Below are positions 1 through 12,700 of a stretch of 64,000 nucleotides of DNA, one piece after another. Position 1 is the first letter of the stretch. The number at the start of each line of letters is the position of its first letter. Source of the DNA: Phoronis australis (Eukaryota; Animalia; Phoronida); the NCBI GenBank assembly GCA_002633005.1, contig NMRA01000187.1, positions 239,208-303,207 of the forward strand, read 5' to 3'. Under the pieces are notes generated by a model, which was given only the letters and a program-made list of their open reading frames with translations, did not search any database and had not been told where the DNA came from. The translations under genes and the position numbers were made by a program.

Positions 1-91
1 ATTTTTTTTACGCGGAAATATAATAAAATACGCGGACAGAACATTTCAAAAAAGCGGAAATCCGCATAGCCGCGGAAAATTCCAAGCCTTG
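1..91. mobile_element. Right end of CAGGGCTTGGAAT-TIR MITE (truncated by window edge)
   Basis: Matches the 3' end of the copies at 1457, 13018 and 20662. Confidence 0.8.
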
Positions 92-399
92 AACAGATCA
101 GCACTCAAGTTCTTCCTAACAATTCAACGTGTACTCCACTGGCAAGTGTAATCACTGCTTATATTGTTACAGGCTCAACAGTGGGAGCATTCAGCCAAGC
201 AGGGTGCAACACAAACCTTGGCATTTGTACTTCAATTAACAAAGATAAAAACAAGCTGCAACTACAAGGTATTATTAAGTGTTCAGCCTACATATGAAGA
301 GATTAAGTTGCAAGGGAGACAAAACACCTTGATCAAGTATGTGTAACCACTTATACGTGCACACTAAAGTAGTTTCCTTACCGTGACCTGTTATGTCTT

Positions 400-575
400 G
401 AAACATGACTCACTCGCATACTAGAGTCATCCCCTCACCCTGACCAGACATGTCTAAACATGACTCACTCACATACTAGAGTCATTCCCTTACCCTGAAC
501 AGACATGTCTAAACATGACTCACTCACATACTGAGTCATTCCCTTACCCTGACCAGACATGTCTAAACATGACCC
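400..575. repeat. About 55-bp minisatellite, 3 copies
   Basis: aaacatgactcactcacatactagagtcattcccttaccctgaccagacatgtct. Confidence 0.9.
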
Positions 576-592
576 ACTTATATCACACGCAC

Positions 593-776
593 CTTGCTCA
601 TTGCCCATGCCTCCTTGCCATTGTGGGTACATGTTACCCCATCCCTGCGGTGCGCTGGGGTAGCCCTGTTGTGGAGGCTGCTGGGGCTGTTGTCCATAGC
701 CCCCACCATAGGGACCGGGGACGCCGGGACCACCAGGTCCCCCAGGCCCTCCTGGACCACCCTGTGGTGGTGGATT
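593..776 (-). CDS. FUBP1: FUBP exon 13: Pro/Gly-rich NPPPQGGPGGPGG...PQGWGNMYPQWQGGMGNEQ
   Basis: cttcag| ... |gtgcgt; PQGWGNxYPQWQ motif typical of FUBP; this frame is absent from the ORF track. Confidence 0.9.
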
Positions 777-3700
777 CTGAAGAGTGAACCAACAGTATGA
801 CTATTAGAGATGACAACACTCTTTACACTATTAGAGATGACAACACTCTTTACACTATTAGAGATGACAACACTCTTTACACTACTAGAGATGACAACAT
901 TTTTTACACTAGAAAATTTGAAACTACTTTCTGTGCGAATGATTTCCCATATCAAAACAAGCAACAGACAAATGTTAACATTACAAAGTTTAAAGTGAAA
1001 GGTTCCCACTAATTCCTTCTCTTTGGCCAAATTAGTTTGAGACACAACAAATGGAGATGACGTGAATATCAAGTAGGTTGCACATTGCCAAATTTAAAAC
1101 AACGCGTTTTTAGTCAAAAAATGATCCGCTGTACATCAGTGAATCCCGTCCAGATGTGTTGTAGCACTACATGTATGAGCATGCGAGGTACATCATTAGT
1201 GCAAAGGTCACCTATCTGCGGATTTTTGTTTTCACATTTACAAGTTGACAATGAATACAACTGCACTTTGCTAAGGATTATGTTACAAAGGCAGTTTCGT
1301 TTAGTTCCTGCTATACATTGAGCAAAGTTAGGAGCATGCAAATACATGTTTAATCCTCAAATCAAACTGCACAACACTATACATCCCTCTACACGATGTT
1401 TTATTGAATTGTTTTGTTAAAAACCGATACACAAGAAAATTGTTGTAGAAAACCATCAGGGCTTGGAATGACCAATGACAAAAAAAGCGGAAATTTTGAA
1501 ACTTTTATGGCCCAAATCATGCCCGATAACCAGCCTTGAAATGGTCAATGTGAACCTTTCCCCGACAAAAATCGGGAGGACTAAAAAAACAAACAAAAAA
1601 CGTTACCACCATCAGTAGCATGCGTCTGCGTCCTTTTAGCTCGTCCACTCCCAACCCACACATTTTTGGCTGCAGAGCGGTAGTATTTGTCGCCGCGCTT
1701 AACAATAACACGAGACGCCATTGAAAATCCCACCACGCTATCCCAGATGCCCCGGCAATGTTGACAATTTACGTTCCTCCGAAACATAAAGAGCAACTTC
1801 CGCTTTCCGAGGTGAACGTCGTCTGCAACGCCGCGGTAAGAAAGGAATTTGCCGCGGAAATTTTATATCAAATCCAATTTTTTTACGCGGAAATATTATA
1901 AAAAAGCGGAAAGCACATTTGAAAAAAGCGGAAAGCACATTTGAAAAAAGCGGAAATCCGCGTTTCCGCGGAAAATTCCAAGCCCTGAACCATAACGACT
2001 AACAAGGGGTGCCACAGTAGTACAAAAACCGAATGTTATGGGAACATCCACCAATAAAACTTTGTACAAAATGTTCTAATGTTCATTTAGATAAATGACG
2101 GACAAAGGTAATGGCAGGATGCACACCTCCTAACCACCCTCTACCCTGTACCCCACCCTCTACCCTGTACCCCACCCTCTACCCTGTACCTCACTCCCTC
2201 CATACATCACCCTTTCTTCCTACCTTTCCTAACTTCTGATAGATAAAGTTGAGAGCATTCCTCCTCTGTTCCCTGTCGCCCCTGATGATAAACGTCTTCT
2301 CCATAGCATTAGGGGGTGGCCCCTTCGACAGCTCAACATGGGCCCCAGTGGCCACTTTGATTTCACGAATTGTCTCCCCACCTGCAGAGAAATAAACACC
2401 CATCACGATCTAGGTGAATATCTGCACCACATCTTTGGATAATGTTTATGAACCAAAAACAAACAAACAATACAGGATCTACATATTGCTTCAGTGACAT
2501 TAAGCCATGATTACACAACAAACTGTTCAGTGACATTAAGTCCTCAGTATGTATGATGTTCCTCCTGACCACATGTGACGTGTCCTCATCATCTTACCTC
2601 TACCAATAACAAGGCCACACTTGTCAGCAGGCACATTATGATGTTCCTCCTGTCCACTGACCCCGCCCCCGCTCATTGGCCCACGACCCCCACCAACACC
2701 ACCACGACCGCCTCTCATCGCACCTCCACCATTCTGGTTACGCATCTAACAACAAAACATGAAATGCAGGGAATTCCAACAAGTCACAAAACCTCGTATT
2801 ATCAAGTTGTCCAACAAGTCAATGACAGCTAAGTATTATCACATTTGTTGCCCAAAAATGAAACGTTGATTTTCAGTAATTACGGAAACCAATGGGATTT
2901 ATGGAATCTGACTTCACCCATCTAATTAGAGAATTTGAATGGAATTTTCATATTTCACCAGAAGTGGCCATAATTCTAATACTTTTGACTAATTATTATT
3001 ATGAACAATAATAAAACCCATCTTATTCAACACATCGATTTGCAGCAGACATGTTCAAGTAGTTGTTAACACTTCCTGAAGGTGGCACTGCTATTTCTGG
3101 TTTTGACAAACGATAAGATAGCGTGCAGCAAGTTACTGGTAAAACAGCACCATAAATGCATACATCAGTTGTGTCGTTTTATCACTTTCAAACAGTAAAA
3201 TGTAATATGCCAATTTAAAACGTGGAAAATTACATCTGCTAAAACTGGCCTCCTGTTCAGTAACACTAGGACCTCGCTAAAAAGCAAGACTCCATGAGAT
3301 TACGCGAGATATTGTCGTGTAGAGAACACATGACCTTGGCTAGATTTTAGCTAGGCCAGAGCGTAGGTCTAGCGTTACTAAATGCATGACAGGATTTCTG
3401 TTTTTGAAAAACGAAGGTGACTATACCAGTCCAGACAATATTGGAAACACCTGAAAGCTGATGGGACAGGATTGTTCGTTCTATTTAACTGTGGTTGTCA
3501 CATCTGTTTTGTGAAGACTAACTAAAATAAAGCAGACTTCATTTAAACAAATATTTATGAGAACACAAAATTTTTTACGACTTTAAATGTGCCTTGTGAA
3601 TTGTTACATAGCTCACTCTGCTGGTCCTGCTAGCAACAGCCCCCTATCTCACCTTCACCGTTGACTACATCCCTCTCCTTCCCACCTTGCCAGCATCAAC

Positions 3701-6700
3701 CCCTTCTCTCAGCATCAACCCCTTCTCTCAGCATCAACCCCTTCTCTCAGCATCAACCCCTTCTCTCAGCATCAACCCCTTCTCTCAGCATCACAAATGA
3801 CTACATGACACCTACCTCTGCCTCCTGGATCAAAGAATTTATCTTCTCCACCACTTGCTGGACATTATGAGGGTTCTTACCACTCACATGACATGTACGG
3901 ACTGGCGTGCCCAGATCTGTAACAGCAATATCAGTCGATGCAGGTAATTAGCAATGAACAAGCGTTATTGGGATACAGGTTGATCACAAGTTCCACAATG
4001 TGCACTGCATGCAACACAGATAGAGCCATGTGTGCACTGGATGCGGCACAGATACAAGGGATATCATAACTATGGTTTTTAGGCCCTCACCAATAACTGC
4101 AGTTAACCAAACACCTAGAAAACCACAAACGCAGCGTATACCACAGTAACTAGTGTAAGGTCAATACAAAGTGACCAGTGTCCAGTGATAAGTCAATAGA
4201 GGGTTCCACTCACCATCAGTGAACTGTATCTTGCACTTAAACTCTTCTTGAATACATCTGATCATCTCCCCTTTCTTGCCAATCACTATGCCAACACAGG
4301 AGCGTGGTACCTCCACCTTCAATGCAATTTTGTTTCAAATTAAACACTGTTTGTCGCTGTACTTAAAAAGTGGTAGCCAAACATTTTATAAACTTTGAAA
4401 GTTTAGAAAAACTATTTTGTTTCAACTATTTAACTGACCCAGAAGCTGATAGTTTCACATCAGACACGGACATATGAAGTTACAATTGAAAGCTGTGTGT
4501 TGGAAGGTCTACTATCAAACCCCATTCACGGAGCCACAATAGGACTCTAATGGTGTTAGCGAAATCTTCCATTACTGTTGCACAATCTGACACCCTGGCA
4601 ACACTGAGTAATGCACGGGCTCTAATGATGTGCTTACAAGAGTCAGCTGACAATCAAAGCTGCAGTTCCCAGAATTTAGTTCTGACACCAACAACTCATC
4701 AGCCACACACAAACACACTTCAGTGTGTTGGGCTTGGACTACCTTAAACTGTAAATTGAAAACGATGAAACTACACACAGCTTGTGATTTGAGTTGCAGA
4801 CACACTCACCAATGACTCAAGACGGGTGTTGTAACATTTTTTAAAAACAAATTCCATTGGTCAATAATTGACCATTGACAACTTAACAGCGACAAAATGC
4901 AGCTTTATGACGACAACTGTATGCCAACAATTCCACTTGATTTAGATCACCCCCAACAGTTTTTCAACCTAATCAACTAATCAAAAAAGGGTTTTTAAAG
5001 CTACCCAACCAAACAAAAACTGCAATTAATTAAGCTCTACGCAGAGATGTCAATGTAAGTTAATTAAACAGAAAAAAGTTGCCAATCAAAAACCAGCGAC
5101 CAAAGCAAAGGCTAGGTGACCAGCATACCTCCACAAAGTTACTGCCATCCATAGGGTAGACCAACATACCTCTACAAAGTTGTTGCCATCCATAGGGTGG
5201 CCAGCACCACCACTCCTGTTATCCTTCTCTAACAGTTGGTTTACTAGTGACCTGGCTAGCTCCCGTGCCTCTGGTAAGCCTGTTATCTCCAGAGGTTTAT
5301 CTGTGCTGGATGGCATGTTACTATCTTGAATCATCACCATCTTGACACCAGCTTGTTCCTTTATACACAGAATGATACAAGGTGAGAGATGGAGGGAGAC
5401 TAGGGGTCAAGGGTCACTTTTATGGAATGACACTCATCAGACACACACACAGAGCATGTATATACAATAGCAGTACACACACACAGAGCATGTATATACA
5501 ATAGCAGTACACACACACAGCATGTATATACAATAGCAGTACAAACCTTGAAAAGCCACCACAATGGCACTCAGATCGTAAACTTCAATTGCATCAGCTG
5601 ATTATTAATTAGTATAATAAACATTGTCACTTGACAACACAAAATATGCCGAGCCCATCCAAAAATGAGAGGGCGTTGCCATCGCTTTAAAACAATTAAA
5701 TGCAAACCTGTTAGGAAATCTAGAAGACGCAGCAGTAGTCGCACACGTCCAAGTCATTGTCTGTTGTAATAGCAATACACTTTGCAAACTACATCAATAT
5801 GTTGAGCAAACATTTTACTATAATACCACAGTAGTCAGTAGAAATTAACATCCACTAGGTGGAGCAGACTATGTCCAAACATGGGAAAGTATCAATATGT
5901 CAGCCACAATATTCTTTATATCCATTTTGCCGTTTGCTTAAAAGCATGACAAAAGAGATATGTAACAGCAAAAGAAGACATAACAACAAAACAAACAATT
6001 CATTGAGAAGATCTTTACCTGTAGGTTCTTGATGGTCTCGCCTCCCTTGCCTATAATCAGACCCACTTTGTTGCCAGGAATAGGCACTTGAATGGTGTCA
6101 CCAGGGTTACCTTTGTTGACGATGTCGTCAATCAGCATGATCGCATGACTGTCAACATAAACATCACAATGATTGACTATATACAGACATGAGAGTGACA
6201 CGTGACTGAACCACCAATATAAGTATGATTGACTATATACAGACATGAGAGTGACACGTGACTGAACCACCAATAGAAGTATGATCGACTATATACAGAC
6301 ATGAGAGTGACATGTGACTGAACCACCAACAGAAGTGCCTCATCTTAGGGATCAGTTCTCTGCATGGCTCTCAGACAGAGGGGATGACTTTAGATAATCA
6401 CAGGCAAACACATAAACAACTGTGGAGTCTCACAACTATCACAAACGCAACACATCAGTGTTCAAACAAATACAACTTTCATAGCATTTTAACCCAGTTT
6501 CATCATGTTCATTCATTTGACAAGGTGTTTCTTGACATAGAAATAGTAACAACTGGATGAGTGCTTGACTAACTCTGAGTTGAGACGTCACCAGATGAGG
6601 TCGTGCGGAGTGACATAACGGACGAACAGTGAGCCCCCCGCCGGTCAACAACCCGCTCGGTAGCTGAATGACCCCCCTGGTTAACAGTTGCCTGGCGCAC

Positions 6701-9700
6701 CTCCTTGGTCCACATCTGTTTGTCCCACCCTGTTGACAGTTACCTAACAGTCCCCACCGATATTTATGTGGCACCCCTCACCTCCACTTTCCACCTGTTT
6801 GGTGCCCCCGAGATGCTATTTGGGGCACTTTCGACTCCCCTTTTCTGGTGGTGCCTCACTTGCTACACCATTGATCAAGTGCGAGTCAATAAAAGCCTAG
6901 TTCACCATACCAACCAGGACACTCACCACCCCTCAAGCTGTTATGGGCTATTCCGTGACGCAAGGGAGCAGGAGCAATTACCAAGGGTCATCTCCATCAA
7001 AAACCATGAAGTGTTAAGTTTGCAAGGGTTGCTAACACCATAAGTCAAGTAGATGGACAGTCAGATAGTTTCATGACGCGAAACAACTGGTATCGCCTTT
7101 ACAGCCAAAAATCCTTCTTAACAAAAACAGTTTCTGAATGAACGTGCAAAGCGAGTTCACTTAACAAAATGAAGATAGTGGCAATGATACGTGTCGGAGC
7201 AAATGTTTAGACATAAAGTAGCTCCTACACGTTACTTCAAGATAATAGCCTGCACATAAGAGGAGCCACTGTGATACAAGACAATGTGTAGACCCTACCA
7301 TCAACCAACTAGTCCATGTGTAGACCCTACCATCAACCAACTAGTCCATGTGTAGACCCTACCATCAACCAACGAGTCCAATATCCAACTTCTTTAGTAC
7401 TAACTAAAACCAATTTCACGCAAATCATCACAAGCTATACAAAAACGTGTTGGGGATGACAGCCCAAAACATGAGCTACGAGGAGGCAATTTGGTTAATT
7501 GAGTGCATACCCAACATAGTCCATCCTTCTCTATAACTTTGAGAGGTAGAGATCCTCGCCAAGGTCACAAGAACTTAGTTATCAGCAAGTGGACATTGGG
7601 AAAAGTGTCGGCAATATTTTGTCTATCCCAGGGTCACATGTACCTTAAGCTTTACACTAGTCATTACAGACTATTGCCAAAAAGGAGGTTAAGCAGCAGG
7701 GAAGGGTGAAACAATGACTTACTCGATACACTCAGGAGGGCCTGTCACTGTAACACTGCGGTTAGGTGTACCCCCAGAGTCTGGTGCAATCTGTATCTTA
7801 CACTTGGACTGTGCAGAGAGCTGGGTAATCTGCTTGCCTCCAGCTCCAATAACTACAAGACAAGAGGATTTATGAGACAAATAAACAAGCAAGTCACACC
7901 ATCTACAGGACGACAGATCATGTTTGGAAATTTCACCAGATTTTATTAGCTGCTCTTGTAGGTCCACTCACTCACTTAGTAATAACTGGACTGGGCCCAG
8001 AGTCATGAACAAACTGGAACACAATGGAAGACAGGCTAGTAACTGAGCATCATGTCTGTCCTTACTGCAGTTAAAAGAGAGTTAAAGAGAGTTACAATCC
8101 ACAGCAAGACTACATTTAGCCTTGATCCACAGCAGGACTGCATCAATAAATCAAAGCTTCCAGACACAGACAAAATTAAATTGAAAGCTGTGTGTTGGAA
8201 GGTCTACTATCAAATCCCATTCACAGAGCCACAATAGGACTCTAATGGTGTTAGCGAAATCTTCCATTACTGTTGCACAATCTGACACCCTGGCAACACT
8301 GAGTAATGCACTGGCTCTAATGATGTGCTTACTAGAGTCAGTTGACAATAAATTAATGTTTCTAAGGAGTTGTCATTTTAGAGCAAGACCATGAAATTTA
8401 TCTCATTTTTATTCTCTTTTTATTTGTCTAAACTTCTAACAAAAGCTTTTTTGTCTTCTTCAACAGGGACCATCATATTTACTCATGTTAACGGACATAT
8501 GTTGGAACCTGAGTACCAACAAAACTGCATTTAAGTACTTTGGATACCAGCTTTGTAGATTTTCGTATGCAGAACCAAACTACAAAAAATCAAGCTTTTT
8601 TAACATGTTCGCCTCAGGGCTGTTCCAGTAAAATCCGTGTGGGAGGGGGACGGCAGTAGAAATAAAAATTCATAGGTGGTGGTCTTCAAAAAAAACCTCA
8701 AATTATGGGTGGTCGTTCCTGTAAGAAGTGATGCATTAAACATAGGTGGTATTTTTTGACCTGTTAATGTTGACAGGTTGGTTACTTCAGCTGTCAAAAC
8801 TCATAAAAAAATGCAATTGGCACATATCCTAACTTACCCCAATACAAAAAAGCCCATATTGCCAGTGAACACAGTGCAATAAGTTCACTGAGCCATTAAT
8901 CAAGTCATGAGCAACTTGATTTGAGCCAACTGTTTGTCTGCAGTCCTATTGAATTGAAAAATTATGCAACACTAAACTGGTGTTAACACATATAAGAAAA
9001 TTGATGATTTTTAAATAAAAAGTATGAGGAGTTAGATAAACAAGTTCCAATATTCACTTGACATAGAAGTATAAAATAGTTCGTGGAGACAGTGTTCATT
9101 GAAATTATAGACACATGGTGAACAGAGACACCTGGTGGCTGCCAAAAGTATTGCTCACAGGCTACTTTAGTTTTTGAAAATATTGGACAAGACAACTAGT
9201 TCTTGTCTGTCAATCATCTAAGTTCTTAACAGGTCCTCCTGGAGGCAATTTGTTTGCAAGTGTTGGATTTTATATTTTGACCTATTAAAAATAATTAAAA
9301 AATTATGGGTCATGGGTTGGAGAAATAAATGAAAAATATGGGCGGTGGGCACGAAATAAAAGTGCCTGGAACAGCCCTGATTGAAACTGTGTTCAGCTGC
9401 TGCCTTAGTTAGTGGATCATGCTAGCAATGGTACAAGATTCATTTAATAAATAGATAGGCTCCTTACTAAGGTTACATAATTATGTTAATAATTGCTGAT
9501 AAACATATATTGTGAATTGTGATAACTCATATACACAACAAACAGTTTCTGCCTTCAAAAGTTATGTTCGTTTCTTAAACTAAAAAGTATCTGTTAAAAA
9601 GCGTTGATGAATCTGCATTGGACGTTTTACACGAGGCAATGTTTCTAATTATTCAAAAATAATTATTCATTGCCAGCATCAGTAATCAAGTATCATCGTA

Positions 9701-12700
9701 CTGCCTGGCAAAAACCACGACCATTGGTGACAGTTCAACGAGGCACTTAGTGCAGTCACCGTGTGTGAAAAACATACACGCTATACAGCTTTGCGATTAA
9801 AGACACTACAATTCATTGGAATAACATGTAAGCGCAGAGTAATGTTCCTCAGTTTTCTTCAATTTTATTCTTCTTATTCTTCTTCGGACCAACTTTGACA
9901 CTTAAAGGAGCCACCCAAAAAACAACCTAATTTGTATCAATTTAGATCAAGTAGTTCTACTCCATGACGGCACGTACGGTTGCGTTACCTGACACCTGAC
10001 GGCAGACGGAGGTTTTGAAAATATCCAATGAGGTAATTGGTTTCACACGCAGTCTGTTCAGCAGTTCACAACACGGGTTAGTGGTGTTCGCTTATCGCTT
10101 GAATTCATCGTTTAACAATAAATCATCAAACTTCGATGTAAAACCCTTAAAAATACACCGAGTTCTTATAAAAACGTATTGTTTTATTTCTCTGTTACGG
10201 ATTTATTGGTATTTGGACATACCGTAGCCTCCAAAGTTCGGCCTCCCACACAGATTTTACTGGAACAGCCCTGAATTTTGATTTCTTTTGAGAGGGTATT
10301 AAGGCCGTGTTTGGCTGACAATACCCACCTGCAAACATTTAAGGGACAAGACCTACCACCTACTATTAATGATATACCAGCCACTATTAATGATATTCTT
10401 CCTTCAAGACGAACCAACTAGAATTATCTTCACGACAATCACCCATTCCAACTGCCGTCACCCCCCTCCCATACGCATTTTGCTGGTACACAGTTCTGAC
10501 TAAGCATTGTTATATCTCTGAAAGGTATACAGGTCTAAGCATTGTTATACCTCTGAAAGGTATACAGGTCTAAGCATTGTTATATCTGTGTATGGACACA
10601 GTTCCACCTAAGCATCGTAACATTGGCCCGAGATCCACATTAACCCCAATACTTCAGTAGAAGTAAACAGGCACAAAGTACCATAAGTGTCGAGAAGAAC
10701 ATTTCTGAAACTGTCATGTAGAGATGAACTTACCCAGACCCACGAGCCTGTCCGGAATGAAATGCTCTCTCACTGCACCTCCTCCCATAGGGATTCCTGC
10801 CCCCATAGGTTGACTAAGGGGCTGTCCAAGGGGCTGACTTGCGGGCTTGATTCCCATGCTCTGGTTAATCCTTGCAGCTGCTTCCTGGGCAGCTTGGGCA
10901 GCTTGTTGCCTGCAAAAGATAGCAAAGACAGTGATCAACGTAGACAGTGATCAACGTAGACAGTGATCAGAGTAGACTGTGCCCAGTGAAGACTGTGCCC
11001 AGTGTAGACTGTGACCAGTGTAGACAGTGACCAGTGTAGACAGTGACCAGTGTAGACAGTGACCAGTGAAGACAGTGACCAGTGTAGACTGTACTGTAAC
11101 CAGTGAAGACAGTGATCAACGTAGACAGTGATCAGTGTAGACAGTGACCAGTGTAGACTGGGACCAGTGAAGACAGTGACCAGTGTAGACAGTGACCAGT
11201 GTAGACAGTGATCAGTGTAGACTGTGACTAGATTAGTGCAAGAAGGAAATGGGCAGCAGGTTGTATGGAGAAGACAGTGATCAGTGTAGATAGTATCAGG
11301 AGTGAGTCCAGTGTAGATAGCCATCAGTGTAGATAGCCATCAGTGTAGACAGTGATCAGTGTAGATTGTCACCAGTGTAGATAGTGATCAGTGTAGATAG
11401 TATTAGAAGGGAGTCCACTCATTCCAGAGTAGATAGTATTAGGAGGGAGTGTCCAGCCTGACACGAAGCTGCATTTTCACACAGAGCAAGCACAGATAGC
11501 CAAATTCCGCATATTTTTCTAAAATTGTCAACCTGAACATCATTTGGCGATGGAAACTTTAAAATGCCATAGTTTTGGACAGGTGTATAACACATGAGTG
11601 ATATTGATAACAAAGAAGCTTGTTTATTTGACTGAACAAAGAATTTATATTTTAATGTGTGGCTGAGAATATGTGGACAATTAGAATGGTGACGAGATAC
11701 GCACAATTGACTCTCGAATATTGACCTTGATTGTGATTTAGCCGATAGGCATTTCCACAAAGAGATCAACCTAGAGACAAAAAATTTACACGGCGACAAG
11801 ATTAACAATTTTGGTCTCACCTGAAAGCCCAGTCTATCCAATTTCAGAACTCATATTTGAATTTGATATATTTTTCATTTTTTCCTAAAGGGATTCACTT
11901 TTTTGCAGTCACTCAACCTATAAACTTGCTTCGATTTTTATGTGCATTATAAATTATTTCATCAATAAGCTGATTATGGGGATTTCACATCATCAAATGT
12001 TTGCAATCACACATTGGACCCATCGCACATCCTCAAACTTTTGGGGTCAAAGGTCAACTACTGGGTATCATGGAGTCGTACATCTGGCAAAAAAGTGCTA
12101 AAAAGTTTAGTTACATCAAACCTTTATCTATAACAATTCTCTTGCAACTTGTTTCTTCTTTTGGAAAATTTCAGATACACTAAGTAATCACATGAAATAC
12201 TTCTATGCTCTGAAGTTTTAATAGCAGGACACCATAAGAAATACACGCCAAGTTTTGTTCTGATGGAATAAGAAATACACTGCAAGTTTTTGTTCTGATG
12301 GAGTCAATTTTATTTCTGCTCTGACTTGCTGTGCTATGTTTTGTGTTGAAAAAGCCGATGCTAAGCATTTTCAAACATTAGCAACCAGTGATCTACTTTT
12401 TTAAAGCATTTTGGTTAGTTTTACCGACAGTAGCCACTCTTGTTTTTCAATGTCTTAAGTGGTTTGTATGGAATGATTTCAAAGCAAATGATTGCATTGC
12501 CTCATATTACATATTTTTGGCAAAACAAGAACCTTGACTTCACAATCAGTTTGACCGAAAATTATTTTTTTCTACACACCTTCGACAGGATTCAAACAAA
12601 GTATAGAAACAAAAGATTACCAACATGTGGCAAATACAAAATTATTACCATGTTGCTAAGATACAATGGTAGACTTACCTCTGCTGTTGCTGCTGCTGCT

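Noticed and set aside
578-1072. 164-aa minus-strand ORF
   Set aside because: Wrong frame over FUBP exon 13 plus a minisatellite
6450-6510. C/D-box-like ATGATGA...CTGA with a short terminal stem on the minus strand
   Set aside because: Only ~55 nt, no C'/D' boxes and no convincing 10-nt or longer rRNA guide
6520-7040. GC-richer block with AATAAA resembling a solo LTR
   Set aside because: Could not define TG..CA ends with a TSD; probably a repeat but unclassified
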